DNA from: Eledone cirrhosa
Taxonomy: Eukaryota
DNA length: 64,000 bases
Reading direction: 5' to 3'
Assembly (NCBI GenBank): GCA_964016885.1
Contig: CAXHJY010000096.1
Location: 2,418,001-2,482,000 of the forward strand
Below are positions 12,354-27,138 of this stretch, one piece after another (position 1 is the first letter of the stretch; each line of letters starts with the position of its first letter). The translations under genes were made by a program, and so were the position numbers. Below the pieces are notes generated by a model. It was given only the letters and a program-made list of their open reading frames with translations. It was not told where the DNA came from and did not search any database.

Positions 12354-12890
12354 AAGGGGAGATAATTTCCAGCCGTCCAAGGGGAGATAATTTTCAGCCG
12401 TCCAAGAAGAGGTAATTTCTAGCCGTCCAAGGGGAGATAATTTCCAGCCGTCCAAGGGGAGGTAATTTCCAGCCGTCCAAGGGGAGATAATTTTAAAAAA
12501 AAAATCAGGCGGAGATAATTTGTAAAAAAAATCAAGGGGAGATACTTTGCAGCCGTCCAAGGGGAGATAATTTTCAGTCGTCCAAGGAGAGGTAATTTCT
12601 AGCCGTCCAAGGGGAGATAATTTCCAGCCGTCCAAGGGGAGATAATTTTCAGCCGTCCAAGAAGAGGTAATTTCTAGCCGTCCAAGGGGAGATAATTTCC
12701 AGCCGTCCAAGGGGAGGTAATTTCCAGCCGTCCAAGGGGAGATAATTTTTAAAAAAAAATCAGGCGGAGATAATTTGTAAAAAAAATCAAGGGGAGATAC
12801 TTTGCAGCCGTCCAAGGGGAGATAATTTTCAGTCGTCCAAGGAGAGGTAATTTCTAGCCGTCCAAGGGGAGATAATTTCCAGCCGTCCAA
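12354..12890 (+). repeat. 255-bp tandem duplication nested in the 10.7-kb HOR (also at about 23197-23733)
   Basis: TCCAAGAAGAGG at 12401/12656 and 23244/23499; GATACTTTGC at 12541/12796; all offsets are 255. Confidence 0.9.
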
Positions 12891-15800
12891 GGGGAGATAA
12901 TTTCCAGCCGTCCAAGGGGAGATAATTTTTTTTTAAAAATCAGGCGGAGATAATTTGTAAAAAAAATCAGGGGGAGATAATTTGTAAACAAAATCAGGGG
13001 GAGATAATTTGTAAAAAAAAATCAGGGGGAGATAATTTGTAAAAAAAATCAAGGAGAGATAATTTCCAGCCGTCCAAGGGAAGATAATTTCCAGCCGTCC
13101 AAGGAGACATATTTTCCAGCCGTCCAAGGCGAGGTAATTTCTAGCCGTCCAAGGGGAGATAAATTCCAGCCTCCAAGGGGAGATAATTTCCAGCCAGCCA
13201 AGGGGAGATAATTTGTAAAAAAATCAGGGGGGGGATAATTTGTAAAAAATATCAGGGAGATAATTTGTAAAAAAAAATCAGGGGGAGATAATTTGTAAAA
13301 AAAATCAGGGGGAGATAATTTGTAAAAAAAAATCAGGGGGAGATAATTTGTAAAAAAAATCAAGGGGAGACAATTTCCAGCCGTCCAAGGGGAGATAATT
13401 TTCAGCCGTCCAAGGAGAGGTAATTTCTAGCCGTCCGAGGAGAGATAATTTCCAGCCGTCCAAGGGGAGATAATTTCCAGCCGTCCAAGGGGAGATAATT
13501 TCCAGCCGTCCAAGGAGACATATTTTCCAGCCGTCCAAGGAGAGGTAATTTCTAGCCGTCCAAGGGGAGATAAATTCCAGCCTCCAAGGGGAGATAATTT
13601 CCAGCCAGCCAAGGGGAAATAATTTGTAAAAAAATCAGGGGGAGATAATTTGCAAAAAAAATCAGGGGGAGATAATTTGTAAAAAAAATCAGGGGGAGAT
13701 AATTTGTAAAAAATAATCAGGGGGAGATAATTTCCAGCCGTCCAAGGGGAGATAATTTAAAAAAAAATCAGGCGGAGATAATTTGTAAAAAAAAATCAGG
13801 GGGAGATAATTTGTAAAAAAAAATCAGGGGGAGATAATTTGTAAAAAAAATCAAGGGGAGATAATTTCCAGCCGTCCAAGGGGAGATAATTTTCAGCCGT
13901 CCAAGGGGAGATAATTTCCCGCCAGCCAAGGGAAGATAATATTTAAAAAAATCAGGCGGAGATAATTTGTAAAAAAAATCAGGGGGAGATAATTTGTAAA
14001 AAAATCAGGGGGAGATAATTTGTAAAAAAAAATCAGGGGGAGATAATTTGTAAAAAAAATCAGGGGGAGATAATTTGTAAAAAAAAATCAGGGGTAGATA
14101 ATTTGTAAAAAAAAATCAGGGGGAGATAATTTGTAAAAAAAAATCAGGGGGAGATAATTTGTAAAAAAAATGAAAGGGGAGATAATATCCAGCCGTCCAA
14201 GGGGAGATAATTTCCAGCCGTCCAAGGGGAGATAATTTCCAGCCGTCCAAGGGGAGATAATTTCCATCCTTCCAAGGGGATATAATTTCCAGCCGTCCAA
14301 GGGGAGATAATTTTCAGCCGTCCAAGGAGAGGTAATTTCTAGCCGTCCAAGGAGAGATAATTTCCAGCCGTCCAAGGGGAGATAATTTCCAGCCGTCCAA
14401 GGGAAGATAATTTCCAGCCGTCCAAGGATACATATTTTCCAGCCGTCCAAGGAGAGGTAATTCCTAGCCGTCCAAGGGGAGATAAATTCCAGCCTCCAAG
14501 GGGAGATAATTTCCAGCCAGCCAAGGGGAGATAATTTGTAAAAAAAATCAGGGGGAGATAATTTGTAAAAAAAATCAGGGGGAGATAATTTGTAAAAAAA
14601 AATCAGGGGGAGATAATTTGTAAAAAATAATCAGGGGGAGATAATTTGTAAAAAAAATCAAGGGGAGATAATTTCCAGCCGTCCAAGGGGAGATAATTTT
14701 CAGCCGTCCAAGGGGAGATAATTTCCCGCCAGCCAAGGGAAGATAATATTTAAAAAAATTAGGCGGAGATAATTTGTAAAAAAAATCAGGGGGAGATAAT
14801 TTGTAAAAAAATCAGGGGGAGATAATTTGTAAAAAAAATCAGGGGGAGATAATTTGTAAAAAAAATCAGGGGGAGATAATTTGTAAAAAAAAATCAGGGG
14901 TAGATAATTTGTAAAAAAAAATCAGGGGGAGATAATTTGTAAAAAAAATCAAGGGGAGATAATTTCCAGCCGTCCAAGGGAAGATAATTTCCAGCCCTCC
15001 AAGGGGCTATAATTTCCAGCGTCCAAGGGGAGATAATTTCCAGCCAGCGAAGGGGAGATAATTTTTTTTAAAAAATCATTGGGAGATTTGTAAAAAAAAT
15101 CAGGGGGAGATAATTTGTAAAAAAAATCAAGGGGAGATAATTTCCAGCCGTCCAAGGGGAGGTAATATCTAGCCGTCCAAGGGTAGATAATTTCCAGCCG
15201 TCCAACGGGAGATAATTTCCAGCCGTCCAAGGGTAGATAATATCCAGCCGCCCAAGGACATATTTTCCAGCCGTCCAAGGAGAGGTAATTTCTAGCCGTC
15301 CAAGGGGAGATAATTTCCAGCCGTCCAAGGGTAGATAATATCCAGCCGTCCAAGGACATATTTTCCAGCCGTCCAAGGAGAGGTAATTTCTAGCCGTCCA
15401 AGGGGAGATAAATTCCAGCCGCCAAGGGGAGATAATTTCCAGCCAGCCAAGGGGAGATAATTTGTAAAAAAATCAGGGGGAGATAATTTGTAAAAAAAAT
15501 CAGGGGGAGATAATTTGTAAAAAAAAATCAGGGGGAGATAATTTGTAAAAAAAAATCAGGGGGAGATAATTTGCAAAAAAAATCAGGGGGAGATAATTTG
15601 TAAAAAAAAATCAGGGGTAGATAATTTGTAAAAAAAAATCAGGGGGAGATAATTTGTAAAAAAAATCAAGGGGAGATAATTTCCAGCCGTCCAAGGAGAG
15701 ATAATTTCCAGCCGTCCAAGGAGAGATAATTTTAAAAAAAATCAGGCGGAGATAATTTGTAAAAAAAAATCAGGGGGAGATAATTTGTAAAAAAAATCAG

Positions 15801-18800
15801 GGGGAGATAATTTGTAAAAAAAAATCAGGGGTAGATAATTTGTAAAAAAAAATCAGGGGGAGATAATTTGTAAAAAAAAATCAGGAGGAGATAATTTGTA
15901 AAAAAAATCAAGGGGAGATAATTTCCAGCCGTCCAAGGAGAGATAATTTAAAAAAAAATCAGGCGGAGATAATTTGTAAAAAAAAATCAGGGGGAGATAA
16001 TTTGTAAAAAAAAATCAGGGGGAGATAATTTGTAAAAAAAAATCAAGGGGAGATAATTTTCAGCCGTCCAAGGGGAGATAATTTCCCGCCAGCCAAGGGA
16101 AGATAATATTCAAAAAAATCAGGCGGAGATAATTTGTAAAAAAAATCAGGGGGAGATAATTTGTAAAAAAATCAGGGGGAAATAATTTGTAAAAAAAAAA
16201 AATCAGGGAGAGATAATTTTTAAAAAAAATCAGGGGGAGATAATTTGTAAAAAAAAATCAGGGGTAGATAATTTGTAAAAAAAAATCAGGGGGAGATAAT
16301 TTGTAAAAAAAAATCAGGGGGAGATAATTTGTAAAAAAAATGAAAGGGGAGATAATATCCAGCCGTCCAAGGGGAGATAATTTCCAGCCGTCCAAGGGGA
16401 GATAATTTCCAGCCGTCCAAGGGGAGATAATTTCCATCCTTCCAAGGGGATATAATTTCCAGCCGTCCAAGGGGAGATAATTTCCATCCTTCCAAGGGGA
16501 TATAATTTCCAGCCGTCCAAGGGGAGATAATTTTCAGCCGTCCAAGGAGAGGTAATTTCTAGCCGTCCAAGGAGAGATAATTTCCAGCCGTCCAAGGGGA
16601 GATAATTTCCAGCCGTCCAAGGGGAGATAATTTCCAGCCGTCCAAGGAGACATATTTTCCAGCCGTCCAAGGAGAGGTAATTCCTAGCCGTCCAAGGGGA
16701 GATAAATTCCAGCCTCCAAGGGGAGATAATTTCCAGCCAGCCAAGGGGAGATAATTTGTAAAAAAAATCAGGGGGAGATAATTTGTAAAAAAAATCAGGG
16801 GGAGATAATTTGTAAAAAAAAATCAGGGGGAGATAATTTGTAAAAAATAATCAGGGGGAGATAATTTGTAAAAAAAATCAAGGGGAGATAATTTCCAGCC
16901 GTCCAAGGGGAGATAATTTTCAGCCGTCCAAGGGGAGATAATTTCCCGCCAGCCAAGGGAAGATAATATTTAAAAAAATTAGGCGGAGATAATTTGTAAA
17001 AAAAATCAGGGGGAGATAATTTGTAAAAAAATCAGGGGGAGATAATTTGTAAAAAAAATCAGGGGGAGATAATTTGTAAAAAAAATCAGGGGGAGATAAT
17101 TTGTAAAAAAAAATCAGGGGGAGATAATTTGTAAAAAAAATCAAGGGGAGATAATTTCCAGCCGTCCAAGGGAAGATAATTTCCAGCCCTCCAAGGGGCT
17201 ATAATTTCCAGCGTCCAAGGGGAGATAATTTCCAGCCAGCGAAGGGGAGATAATTTTTTTTAAAAAATCATTGGGAGATTTGTAAAAAAAATCAGGGGGA
17301 GATAATTTGTAAAAAAAATCAAGGGGAGATAATTTCCAGCCGTCCAAGGGGAGGTAATATCTAGCCGTCCAAGGGGAGATAATTTCCAGCCGTCCAAGGG
17401 GAGATAATTTCCAGCCGTCCAAGGGTAGATAATATCCAGCCGTCCAAGGACATATTTTCCAGCCGTCCAAGGAGAGGTAATTTCTAGCCGTCCAAGGGGA
17501 GATAAATTCCAGCCTCCAAGGTGAGATAATTTCCAGCCAGCCAAGGGGAGATAATTTGTAAAAAAATCAGGGGGAGATAATTTGTAAAAAAAATCAGGGG
17601 GAGATAATTTGTAAAAAAAAATCAGGGGGAGATAATTTGTAAAAAAAATCAGGGGGAGATAATTTGTAAAAAAAAATCAGGGGGAGATAATTTGTAAAAA
17701 AAATCAAGGGGAGATAATTTCCAGCCGTCCAAGGGGAGATAATTTCCCGCCAGCCAAGGGAAGATAATATTTAAAAAAATCAGGCGGAGATAATTTGTAA
17801 AAAAAATCAGGGGGAGATAATTTGTAAAAAAATCAGGGGGAGATAATTTGTAAAAAAAAAATCAGGGGGAGATAATTTGTAAAAAAAATCAGGGGGAGAT
17901 AATTTGTAAAAAAAAATCAGGGGTAGATAAATTGTAAAAAAAAATCAGGGGGAGATAATTTGTAAAAAAATCAGGGGGAGATAATTTGTAAAAAAAATGA
18001 AAGGGGAGATAATATCCAGCCGTCCAAGGGGAGATAATTTCCAGCCGTCCAAGGGGAGATAATTTCCAGCCGTCCAAGGGGAGATAATTTCCATCCTTCC
18101 AAGGGGATATAATTTCCAGCCGTCCAAGGGGAGATAATTTCCCGCCAGCCAAGGGAAGATAATTTTTAAAAAAATCAGGCGGAGATTGTAAAAAAAATCA
18201 GGGGGGAGATAATTTGTAAAAAAATCAGGGGGAGATAATTTGTAAAAAAAAATCAGGGGGAGATAATTTGTAAAAAATAATCAGGGGGAGATAATTTGTA
18301 AAAAAAAATCAAGGGGAGATAATTTCCAGCCGTCCAAGGGGAGATAATTTCCCGCCAGCCAAGGGGAGATAATTTTTAAAAAAATCAGGCGGAGATTGTA
18401 AAAAAAATCAGGGGGGAGATAATTTGTAAAAAAATCAGGGGGAGATAATTTGTAAAAAATAATCAGGGGGAGATAATTTGTAAAAAAATTCAAGGGGAGA
18501 TAATTTCCAGCCGTCCAAGGGGAGATAATTTCCCGCCAGCCAAGGGAAGATAATATTTAAAAAAATTAGGCGGAGATAATTTGTAAAAAAAATCAGGGGG
18601 AGATAATTTGTAAAAAAATCAGGGGGAGATAATTTGTAAAAAAAATCAGGGGGAGATAATTTGTAAAAAAAATCATGGGGAGATAATTTGTAAAAAAAAA
18701 TCAGGGGGAGATAATTTGTAAAAAAAAATCAGGGGGAGATAATTTGTAAAAAAAATCAAGGGGAGATAATATCCAGCCGTCCAAGGAGAGATAATTTTAA

Positions 18801-21800
18801 AAAAAAATGAGGCGGAGATAATTTGTAAAAAAAAATGAGGGGGAGATAATTTGTAAAAAAAATCAAGGGGAGATAATTTCCAGCCGTCCAAGGGGAGATA
18901 ATTTTCAGCCGTCCAAGGAGAGGTAATTTCTAGCCGTCCAAGGGGAGATAATTTCCAGCCGTCCAAGGGGAGGTAATATCCAGCCGTCCAAGGGGAGATA
19001 AATTAAAAAAAAAAATCAGGCGGAGATAATTTGTAAAAAAAATCAAGGGGAGATAATTTGCAGCCGTCCAATGGGAGATAATTTTCAGTCGTCCAAGGAG
19101 AGGTAATTTCTAGCCGTCCAAGGGGAGATAATTTCCAGCCGTCCAAGGGGAGATAATTTCCAGCCGTCCAAGGGGAGATAATTTTTTTTTAAAAATCAGG
19201 CGGAGATAATTTGTAAAAAAAATCAGGGGGAGATAATTTGTAAACAAAATCAGGGGGAGATAATTTGTAAAAAAAAATCAGGGGGAGATAATTTGTAAAA
19301 AAAATTAGGCGTAGATAATTTGTAAAAAAAAATCAGGGGGAGATAATTTGTAAAAAAAAATCAGGGGGAGATAATTTGTTTAAAAAATCAAGGGGAGATA
19401 ATTTGCAGCCGTCCAAGGGGAGATAATTTTCAGCCGTCCAAGGAGAGGTAATTTCTAGCCGTTCAAGGAGGGATAATTTCCAGCCGTCCAAGGGGAGATA
19501 ATTTCCAGCCGTCCAAGGGGAGATAATTTTTTTTAAAAAATCAGGCGGAGATAATTTGTAAAAAAAAATCAGGGGGAGATAATTCGTAAAAAAAAATCAG
19601 GGGGAGATAATTTGTAAAAAAAAATCAGGGGGAGATAATTTGTAAAAAAAATCAAGGGGAGATAATTTCCAGCCGTCCAAGGGGAGGTAATATCTAGCCG
19701 TCCAAGGGGAGATAATTTCCAGCCGTCCAAGGGGAGATAATTTCCAGCAGTCCAAGGGGAGATAATTTCCAGCCGTCCAAGGAGACATATTTTCCAGCCG
19801 TCCAAGGCGAGGTAATTTCTAGCCGTCCAAGGGGAGATAAATTCCAGCCTCCAAGGGGAGATAATTTCCAGCCAGCCAAGGGGAGATAATTTGTAAAAAA
19901 ATCAGGGGGAGATAATTTGTAAAAAATATCAGGGAGATAATTTGTAAAAAAAAATCAGGGGGAGATAATTTGTAAAAAAAATCAGGGGGAGATAATTTGT
20001 AAAAAAAAATCAGGGGGAGATAATTTGTAAAAAAAATCAAGGGGAGATAATTTCCAGCCGTCCAAGGGGAGATAATTTTCAGCCGTCCAAGGAGAGGTAA
20101 TTTCTAGCCGTCCGAGGAGAGATAATTTCCAGCCGTCCAAGGGGAGATAATTTCCAGCCGTCCAAGGGGAGATAATTTCCAGCCGTCCAAGGAGACATAT
20201 TTTCCAGCCGTCCAATGAGAGGTAATTTCTAGCCGTCCAAGGGGAGATAAATTCCAGCCTCCAAGGGGAGATAATTTCCAGCCAGCCAAGGGGAGATAAT
20301 TTGTAAAAAAATCAGGGGGAGATAATTTGCAAAAAAAATCAGGGGGAGATAATTTGTAAAAAAATCAGGGGGAGATAATTTGTAAAAAATAATCAGGGGG
20401 AGATAATTTCCAGCCGTCGAAGGGGAGATAATTTTAAAAAAAATCAGGCGGAGATAATTTGTAAAAAAAAATCAGGGGGAGATAATTTGTAAAAAAAAAT
20501 CAGGGGGAGATAATTTGTAAAATAAATCAAGGGGAGATAATTTCCAGCCGTCCAAGGGGAGATAATTTTCAGCCGTCCAAGGGGAGATAATTTCCCGCCA
20601 GCCAAGGGAAGATAATATTTAAAAAAATCAGGCGGAGATAATTTGTAAAAAAAATCAGGGGGAGATAATTTGTAAAAAAATCAGGGGGAGATAATTTGTA
20701 AAAAAAAATCAGGGGGAGATAATTTGTAAAAAAAATCAGGGGGAGATAATTTGTAAAAAAAAATCAGGGGTAGATAATTTGTAAAAAAAAATCAGGGGGA
20801 GATAATTTGTAAAAAAAAATCAGGGGGAGATAATTTGTAAAAAAAATGAAAGGGGAGATAATATCCAGCCGTCCAAGGGGAGATAATTTCCAGCCGTCCA
20901 AGGGGAGATAATTTCCAGCCGTCCAAGGGGAGATAATTTCCATCCTTCCAAGGGGATATAATTTCCAGCCGTCCAAGGGGAGATAATTTCCATCCTTCCA
21001 AGGGGATATAATTTCCAGCCGTCCAAGGGGAGATAATTTTCAGCCGTCCAAGGAGAGGTAATTTCTAGCCGTCCAAGGAGAGATAATTTCCAGCCGTCCA
21101 AGGGGAGATAATTTCCAGCCGTCCAAGGGGAGATAATTTCCAGCCGTCCAAGGAGACATATTTTCCAGCCGTCCAAGGAGAGGTAATTCCTAGCCGTCCA
21201 AGGGGAGATAAATTCCAGCCTCCAAGGGGAGATAATTTCCAGCCAGCCAAGGGGAGATCATTTGTAAAAAAAATCAGGGGGAGATAATTTGTAAAAAAAA
21301 TCAGGGGGAGATAATTTGTAAAAAAAAATCAGAGGGAGATAATTTGTAAAAAATAATCAGGGGGAGATAATTTGTAAAAAAAATCAAGGGGAGATAATTT
21401 CCAGCCGTCCAAGGGGAGATAATTTTCAGCCGTCCAAGGGGAGATAATTTCCCGCCAGCCAAGGGAAGATAATATTTAAAAAAATTAGGCGGAGATAATT
21501 TGTAAAAAAAATCAGGGGGAGATAATTTGTAAAAAAATCAGGGGGAGATAATTTGTAAAAAAAATCAGGGGGAGATAATTTGTAAAAAAAAATCAGGGGT
21601 AGATAATTTGTAAAAAAAAATCAGGGGGAGATAATTTGTAAAAAAAATCAGGGGGAGATAATTTGTAAAAAAAATCAGGGGGAGATAATTTGTAAAAAAA
21701 AATCAGGGGTAGATAATTTGTAAAAAAAAATCAGGGGGAGATAATTTGTAAAAAAAATCAAGGGGAGATAATTTCCAGCCGTCCAAGGGGCTATAATTTC

Positions 21801-24800
21801 CAGCGTCCAAGGGGAGATAATTTCCAGCCAGCGAAGGGGAGATAATTTTTTTTTCAAAATCATTGGGAGATTTGTAAAAAAAATCAGGGGGAGATAATTT
21901 GTAAAAAAAATCAAGGGGAGATAATTTCCAGCCGTCCAAGGGGAGGTAATATCTAGCCGTCCAAGGGGAGATAATTTCCAGCCGTCCAAGGGTAGATAAT
22001 ATCCAGCCGTCCAAGGACATATTTTCCAGCCGTCCAAGGAGAGGTAATTTCTAGCCGTCCAAGGGGAGATAAATTCCAGCCTCCAAGGGGAGATAATTTC
22101 CAGCCAGCCAAGGGGAGATAATTTGTAAAAAAATCAGGGGGAGATAATTTGTAAAAAAAATCAGGGGGAGATAATTTGTAAAAAAAAATCAGGGGGAGAT
22201 AATTTGTAAAAAAAAATCAGGGGGAGATAATTTGTAAAAAAAATCAGGGGGAGATAATTTGTAAAAAAAATCAAGGGGAGATCATTTCCAGCCGTCCAAG
22301 GGAGATAATTTTCAGCCGTCCAAGGGGAGATAATTTCCCGCCAGCCAAGGTAAGATAATATTTAAAAAAATCAGGCGGAGATAATTTGTAAAAAAAATCA
22401 GGGGGAGATAATTTGTAAAAAAATCAGGGGGAGATAATTTGTAAAAGAAAAATCAGGGGGAGATAATTTGTAAAAAAAATCAGGGGGAGATAATTTGTAA
22501 AAAAAAATCAGGGGTAGATAATTTGTAAAAAAAAATCAGGGGGAGATAATTTGTAAAAAAAATCAGAGGGAGATAATTTGTAAAAAAAATGAAAGGGGAG
22601 ATAATAGCCAGCCGTCCAAGGGGAGATAATTTCCAGCCGTCCAAGGGGAGATAATTTCCAGCCGTCCAAGGGGAGATAATTTCCATCCTTCCAAGGGGAT
22701 ATAATTTCCAGCCGTCCAAGGGGAGATAATTTCCCGCCAGCCAAGGGAAGATAATTTTTAAAAAAATCAGGCGGAGATTGTAAAAAAAATCAGGGGGGAG
22801 ATAATTTGTAAAAAAATCAGGGGGAGATAATTTGTAAAAAAAAATCAGGGGGAGATAATTTGTAAAAAATAATCAGGGGGAGATAATTTGTAAAAAAAAA
22901 TCAAGGGGAGATAATTTCCAGCCGTCCAAGGGGAGATAATTTCCCGCCAGCCAAGGGAAGATAATATTTAAAAAAATTAGGCGGAGATAATTTGTAAAAA
23001 AAATCAGGGGGAGATAATTTGTAAAAAAATCAGGGGGAGATAATTTGTAAAAAAAATCAGGGGGAGATAATTTGTAAAAAAAATCATGGGGAGATAATTT
23101 GTAAAAAAAAATCAGGGGTAGATAATTTGTAAAAAAAAATCAGGGGGAGATAATTTGTAAAAAAAAATCAGGGGGAGATAATTTGTAAAAAAAATCAAGG
23201 GGAGATAATTTCCAGCCGTCCAAGGGGAGATAATTTTCAGCCGTCCAAGAAGAGGTAATTTCTAGCCGTCCAAGGGGAGATAATTTCCAGCCGTCCTAGG
23301 GGAGGTAATTTCCAGCCGTCCAAGGGGAGATAATTTTTAAAAAAAAATCAGGCGGAGATAATTTGTAAAAAAAATCAAGGGGAGATACTTTGCAGCCGTC
23401 CAAGGGGAGATAATTTTCAGTCGTCCAAGGAGAGGTAATTTCTAGCCGTCCAAGGGGAGATAATTTCCAGCCGTCCAAGGGGAGATAATTTTCAGCCGTC
23501 CAAGAAGAGGTAATTTCTAGCCGTCCAAGGGGAGATAATTTCCAGCCGTCCAAGGGGAGGTAATTTCCAGCCGTCCAAGGGGAGATAATTTTTAAAAAAA
23601 AATCAGGCGGAGATAATTTGTAAAAAAAATCAAGGGGAGATACTTTGCAGCCGTCCAAGGGGAGATAATTTTCAGTCGTCCAAGGAGAGGTAATTTCTAG
23701 CCGTCCAAGGGGAGATAATTTCCAGCCGTCCAAGGGGAGATAATTTCCAGCCGTCCAAGGGGAGATAATTTTTTTTTAAAAATCAGGCGGAGATAATTTG
23801 TAAAAAAAATCAGGGGGAGATAATTTGTAAACAAAATCAGGGGGAGATAATTTGTAAAAAAAAATCAGGGGGAGATAATTTGTAAAAAAAATCAAGGAGA
23901 GATAATTTCCAGCCGTCCAAGGGAAGATAATTTCCAGCCGTCCAAGGAGACATATTTTCCAGCCGTCCAAGGCGAGGTAATTTCTAGCCGTCCAAGGGGA
24001 GATAAATTCCAGCCTCCAAGGGGAGATAATTTCCAGCCAGCCAAGGGGAGATAATTTGTAAAAAAATCAGGGGGAGATAATTTGTAAAAAATATCAGGGA
24101 GATAATTTGTAAAAAAAAATCAGGGGGAGATAATTTGTAAAAAAAATCAGGGGGAGATAATTTGTAAAAAAAAATCAGGGGGAGATAATTTGTAAAAAAA
24201 ATCAAGGGGAGATAATTTCCAGCCGTCCAAGGGGAGATAATTTTCAGCCGTCCAAGGAGAGGTAATTTCTAGCCGTCCGAGGAGAGATAATTTCCAGCCG
24301 TCCAAGGGGAGATAATTTCCAGCCGTCCAAGGGGAGATAATTTCCAGCCGTCCAAGGAGACATATTTTCCAGCCGTCCAAGGAGAGGTAATTTCTAGCCG
24401 TCCAAGGGGAGATAAATTCCAGCCTCCAAGGGGAGATAATTTCCAGCCAGCCAAGGGGAAATAATTTGTAAAAAAATCAGGGGGAGATAATTTGCAAAAA
24501 AAATCAGGGGGAGATAATTTGTAAAAAAAATCAGGGGGAGATAATTTGTAAAAAATAATCAGGGGGAGATAATTTCCAGCCGTCCAAGGGGAGATAATTT
24601 AAAAAAAAATCAGGCGGAGATAATTTGTAAAAAAAAATCAGGGGGAGATAATTTGTAAAAAAAAATCAGGGGGAGATAATTTGTAAAAAAAATCAAGGGG
24701 AGATAATTTCCAGCCGTCCAAGGGGAGATAATTTTCAGCCGTCCAAGGGGAGATAATTTCCCGCCAGCCAAGGGAAGATAATATTTAAAAAAATCAGGCG

Positions 24801-24866
24801 GAGATAATTTGTAAAAAAAATCAGGGGGAGATAATTTGTAAAAAAATCAGGGGGAGATAATTTGTA

Positions 24867-27138
24867 AAAAAAAATCAGGGGGAGATAATTTGTAAAAAAA
24901 ATCAGGGGGAGATAATTTGTAAAAAAAAATCAGGGGTAGATAATTTGTAAAAAAAAATCAGGGGGAGATAATTTGTAAAAAAAAATCAGGGGGAGATAAT
25001 TTGTAAAAAAAATGAAAGGGGAGATAATATCCAGCCGTCCAAGGGGAGATAATTTCCAGCCGTCCAAGGGGAGATAATTTCCAGCCGTCCAAGGGGAGAT
25101 AATTTCCATCCTTCCAAGGGGATATAATTTCCAGCCGTCCAAGGGGAGATAATTTCCATCCTTCCAAGGGGATATAATTTCCAGCCGTCCAAGGGGAGAT
25201 AATTTTCAGCCGTCCAAGGAGAGGTAATTTCTAGCCGTCCAAGGAGAGATAATTTCCAGCCGTCCAAGGGGAGATAATTTCCAGCCGTCCAAGGGAAGAT
25301 AATTTCCAGCCGTCCAAGGAGACATATTTTCCAGCCGTCCAAGGAGAGGTAATTCCTAGCCGTCCAAGGGGAGATAAATTCCAGCCTCCAAGGGGAGATA
25401 ATTTCCAGCCAGCCAAGGGGAGATAATTTGTAAAAAAAATCAGGGGGAGATAATTTGTAAAAAAAATCAGGGGGAGATAATTTGTAAAAAAAAATCAGGG
25501 GGAGATAATTTGTAAAAAATAATCAGGGGGAGATAATTTGTAAAAAAAATCAAGGGGAGATAATTTCCAGCCGTCCAAGGGGAGATAATTTTCAGCCGTC
25601 CAAGGGGAGATAATTTCCCGCCAGCCAAGGGAAGATAATATTTAAAAAAATTAGGCGGAGATAATTTGTAAAAAAAATCAGGGGGAGATAATTTGTAAAA
25701 AAATCAGGGGGAGATAATTTGTAAAAAAAATCAGGGGGAGATAATTTGTAAAAAAAATCAGGGGGAGATAATTTGTAAAAAAAAATCAGGGGTAGATAAT
25801 TTGTAAAAAAAAATCAGGGGGAGATAATTTGTAAAAAAAATCAAGGGGAGATAATTTCCAGCCGTCCAAGGGAAGATAATTTCCAGCCCTCCAAGGGGCT
25901 ATAATTTCCAGCGTCCAAGGGGAGATAATTTCCAGCCAGCGAAGGGGAGATAATTTTTTTTTAAAAATCATTGGGAGATTTGTAAAAAAAATCAGGGGGA
26001 GATAATTTGTAAAAAAAATCAGGGGGAGATAATTTGTAAAAAAAAATCAGGGGTAGATAATTTGTAAAAAAAAATCAGGGGGAGATAATTTGTAAAAAAA
26101 AATCAGGGGGAGATAATTTGTAAAAAAAATGAAAGGGGAGATAATATCCAGCCGTCCAAGGGGAGATAATTTCCAGCCGTCCAAGGGGAGATAATTTCCA
26201 GCCGTCCAAGGGGAGATAATTTCCATCCTTCCAAGGGGATATAATTTCCAGCCGTCCAAGGGGAGATAATTTCCATCCTTCCAAGGGGATATAATTTCCA
26301 GCCGTCCAAGGGGAGATAATTTTCAGCCGTCCAAGGAGAGGTAATTTCTAGCCGTCCAAGGAGAGATAATTTCCAGCCGTCCAAGGGGAGATAATTTCCA
26401 GCCGTCCAAGGGAAGATAATTTCCAGCCGTCCAAGGAGACATATTTTCCAGCCGTCCAAGGAGAGGTAATTCCTAGCCGTCCAAGGGGAGATAAATTCCA
26501 GCCTCCAAGGGGAGATAATTTCCAGCCAGCCAAGGGGAGATAATTTGTAAAAAAAATCAGGGGGAGATAATTTGTAAAAAAAATCAGGGGGAGATAATTT
26601 GTAAAAAAAAATCAGGGGGAGATAATTTGTAAAAAATAATCAGGGGGAGATAATTTGTAAAAAAAATCAAGGGGAGATAATTTCCAGCCGTCCAAGGGGA
26701 GATAATTTTCAGCCGTCCAAGGGGAGATAATTTCCCGCCAGCCAAGGGAAGATAATATTTAAAAAAATTAGGCGGAGATAATTTGTAAAAAAAATCAGGG
26801 GGAGATAATTTGTAAAAAAATCAGGGGGAGATAATTTGTAAAAAAAATCAGGGGGAGATAATTTGTAAAAAAAATCAGGGGGAGATAATTTGTAAAAAAA
26901 AATCAGGGGTAGATAATTTGTAAAAAAAAATCAGGGGGAGATAATTTGTAAAAAAAATCAAGGGGAGATAATTTCCAGCCGTCCAAGGGAAGATAATTTC
27001 CAGCCCTCCAAGGGGCTATAATTTCCAGCGTCCAAGGGGAGATAATTTCCAGCCAGCGAAGGGGAGATAATTTTTTTTTAAAAATCATTGGGAGATTTGT
27101 AAAAAAAATCAGGGGGAGATAATTTGTAAAAAAAATCA
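24867..27138 (+). repeat. 1,117-bp tandem duplication
   Basis: Offset of 1117 at 24930/26047, 25231/26348, 25786/26903 and at CATTGGG 25969/27086. Confidence 0.92.
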
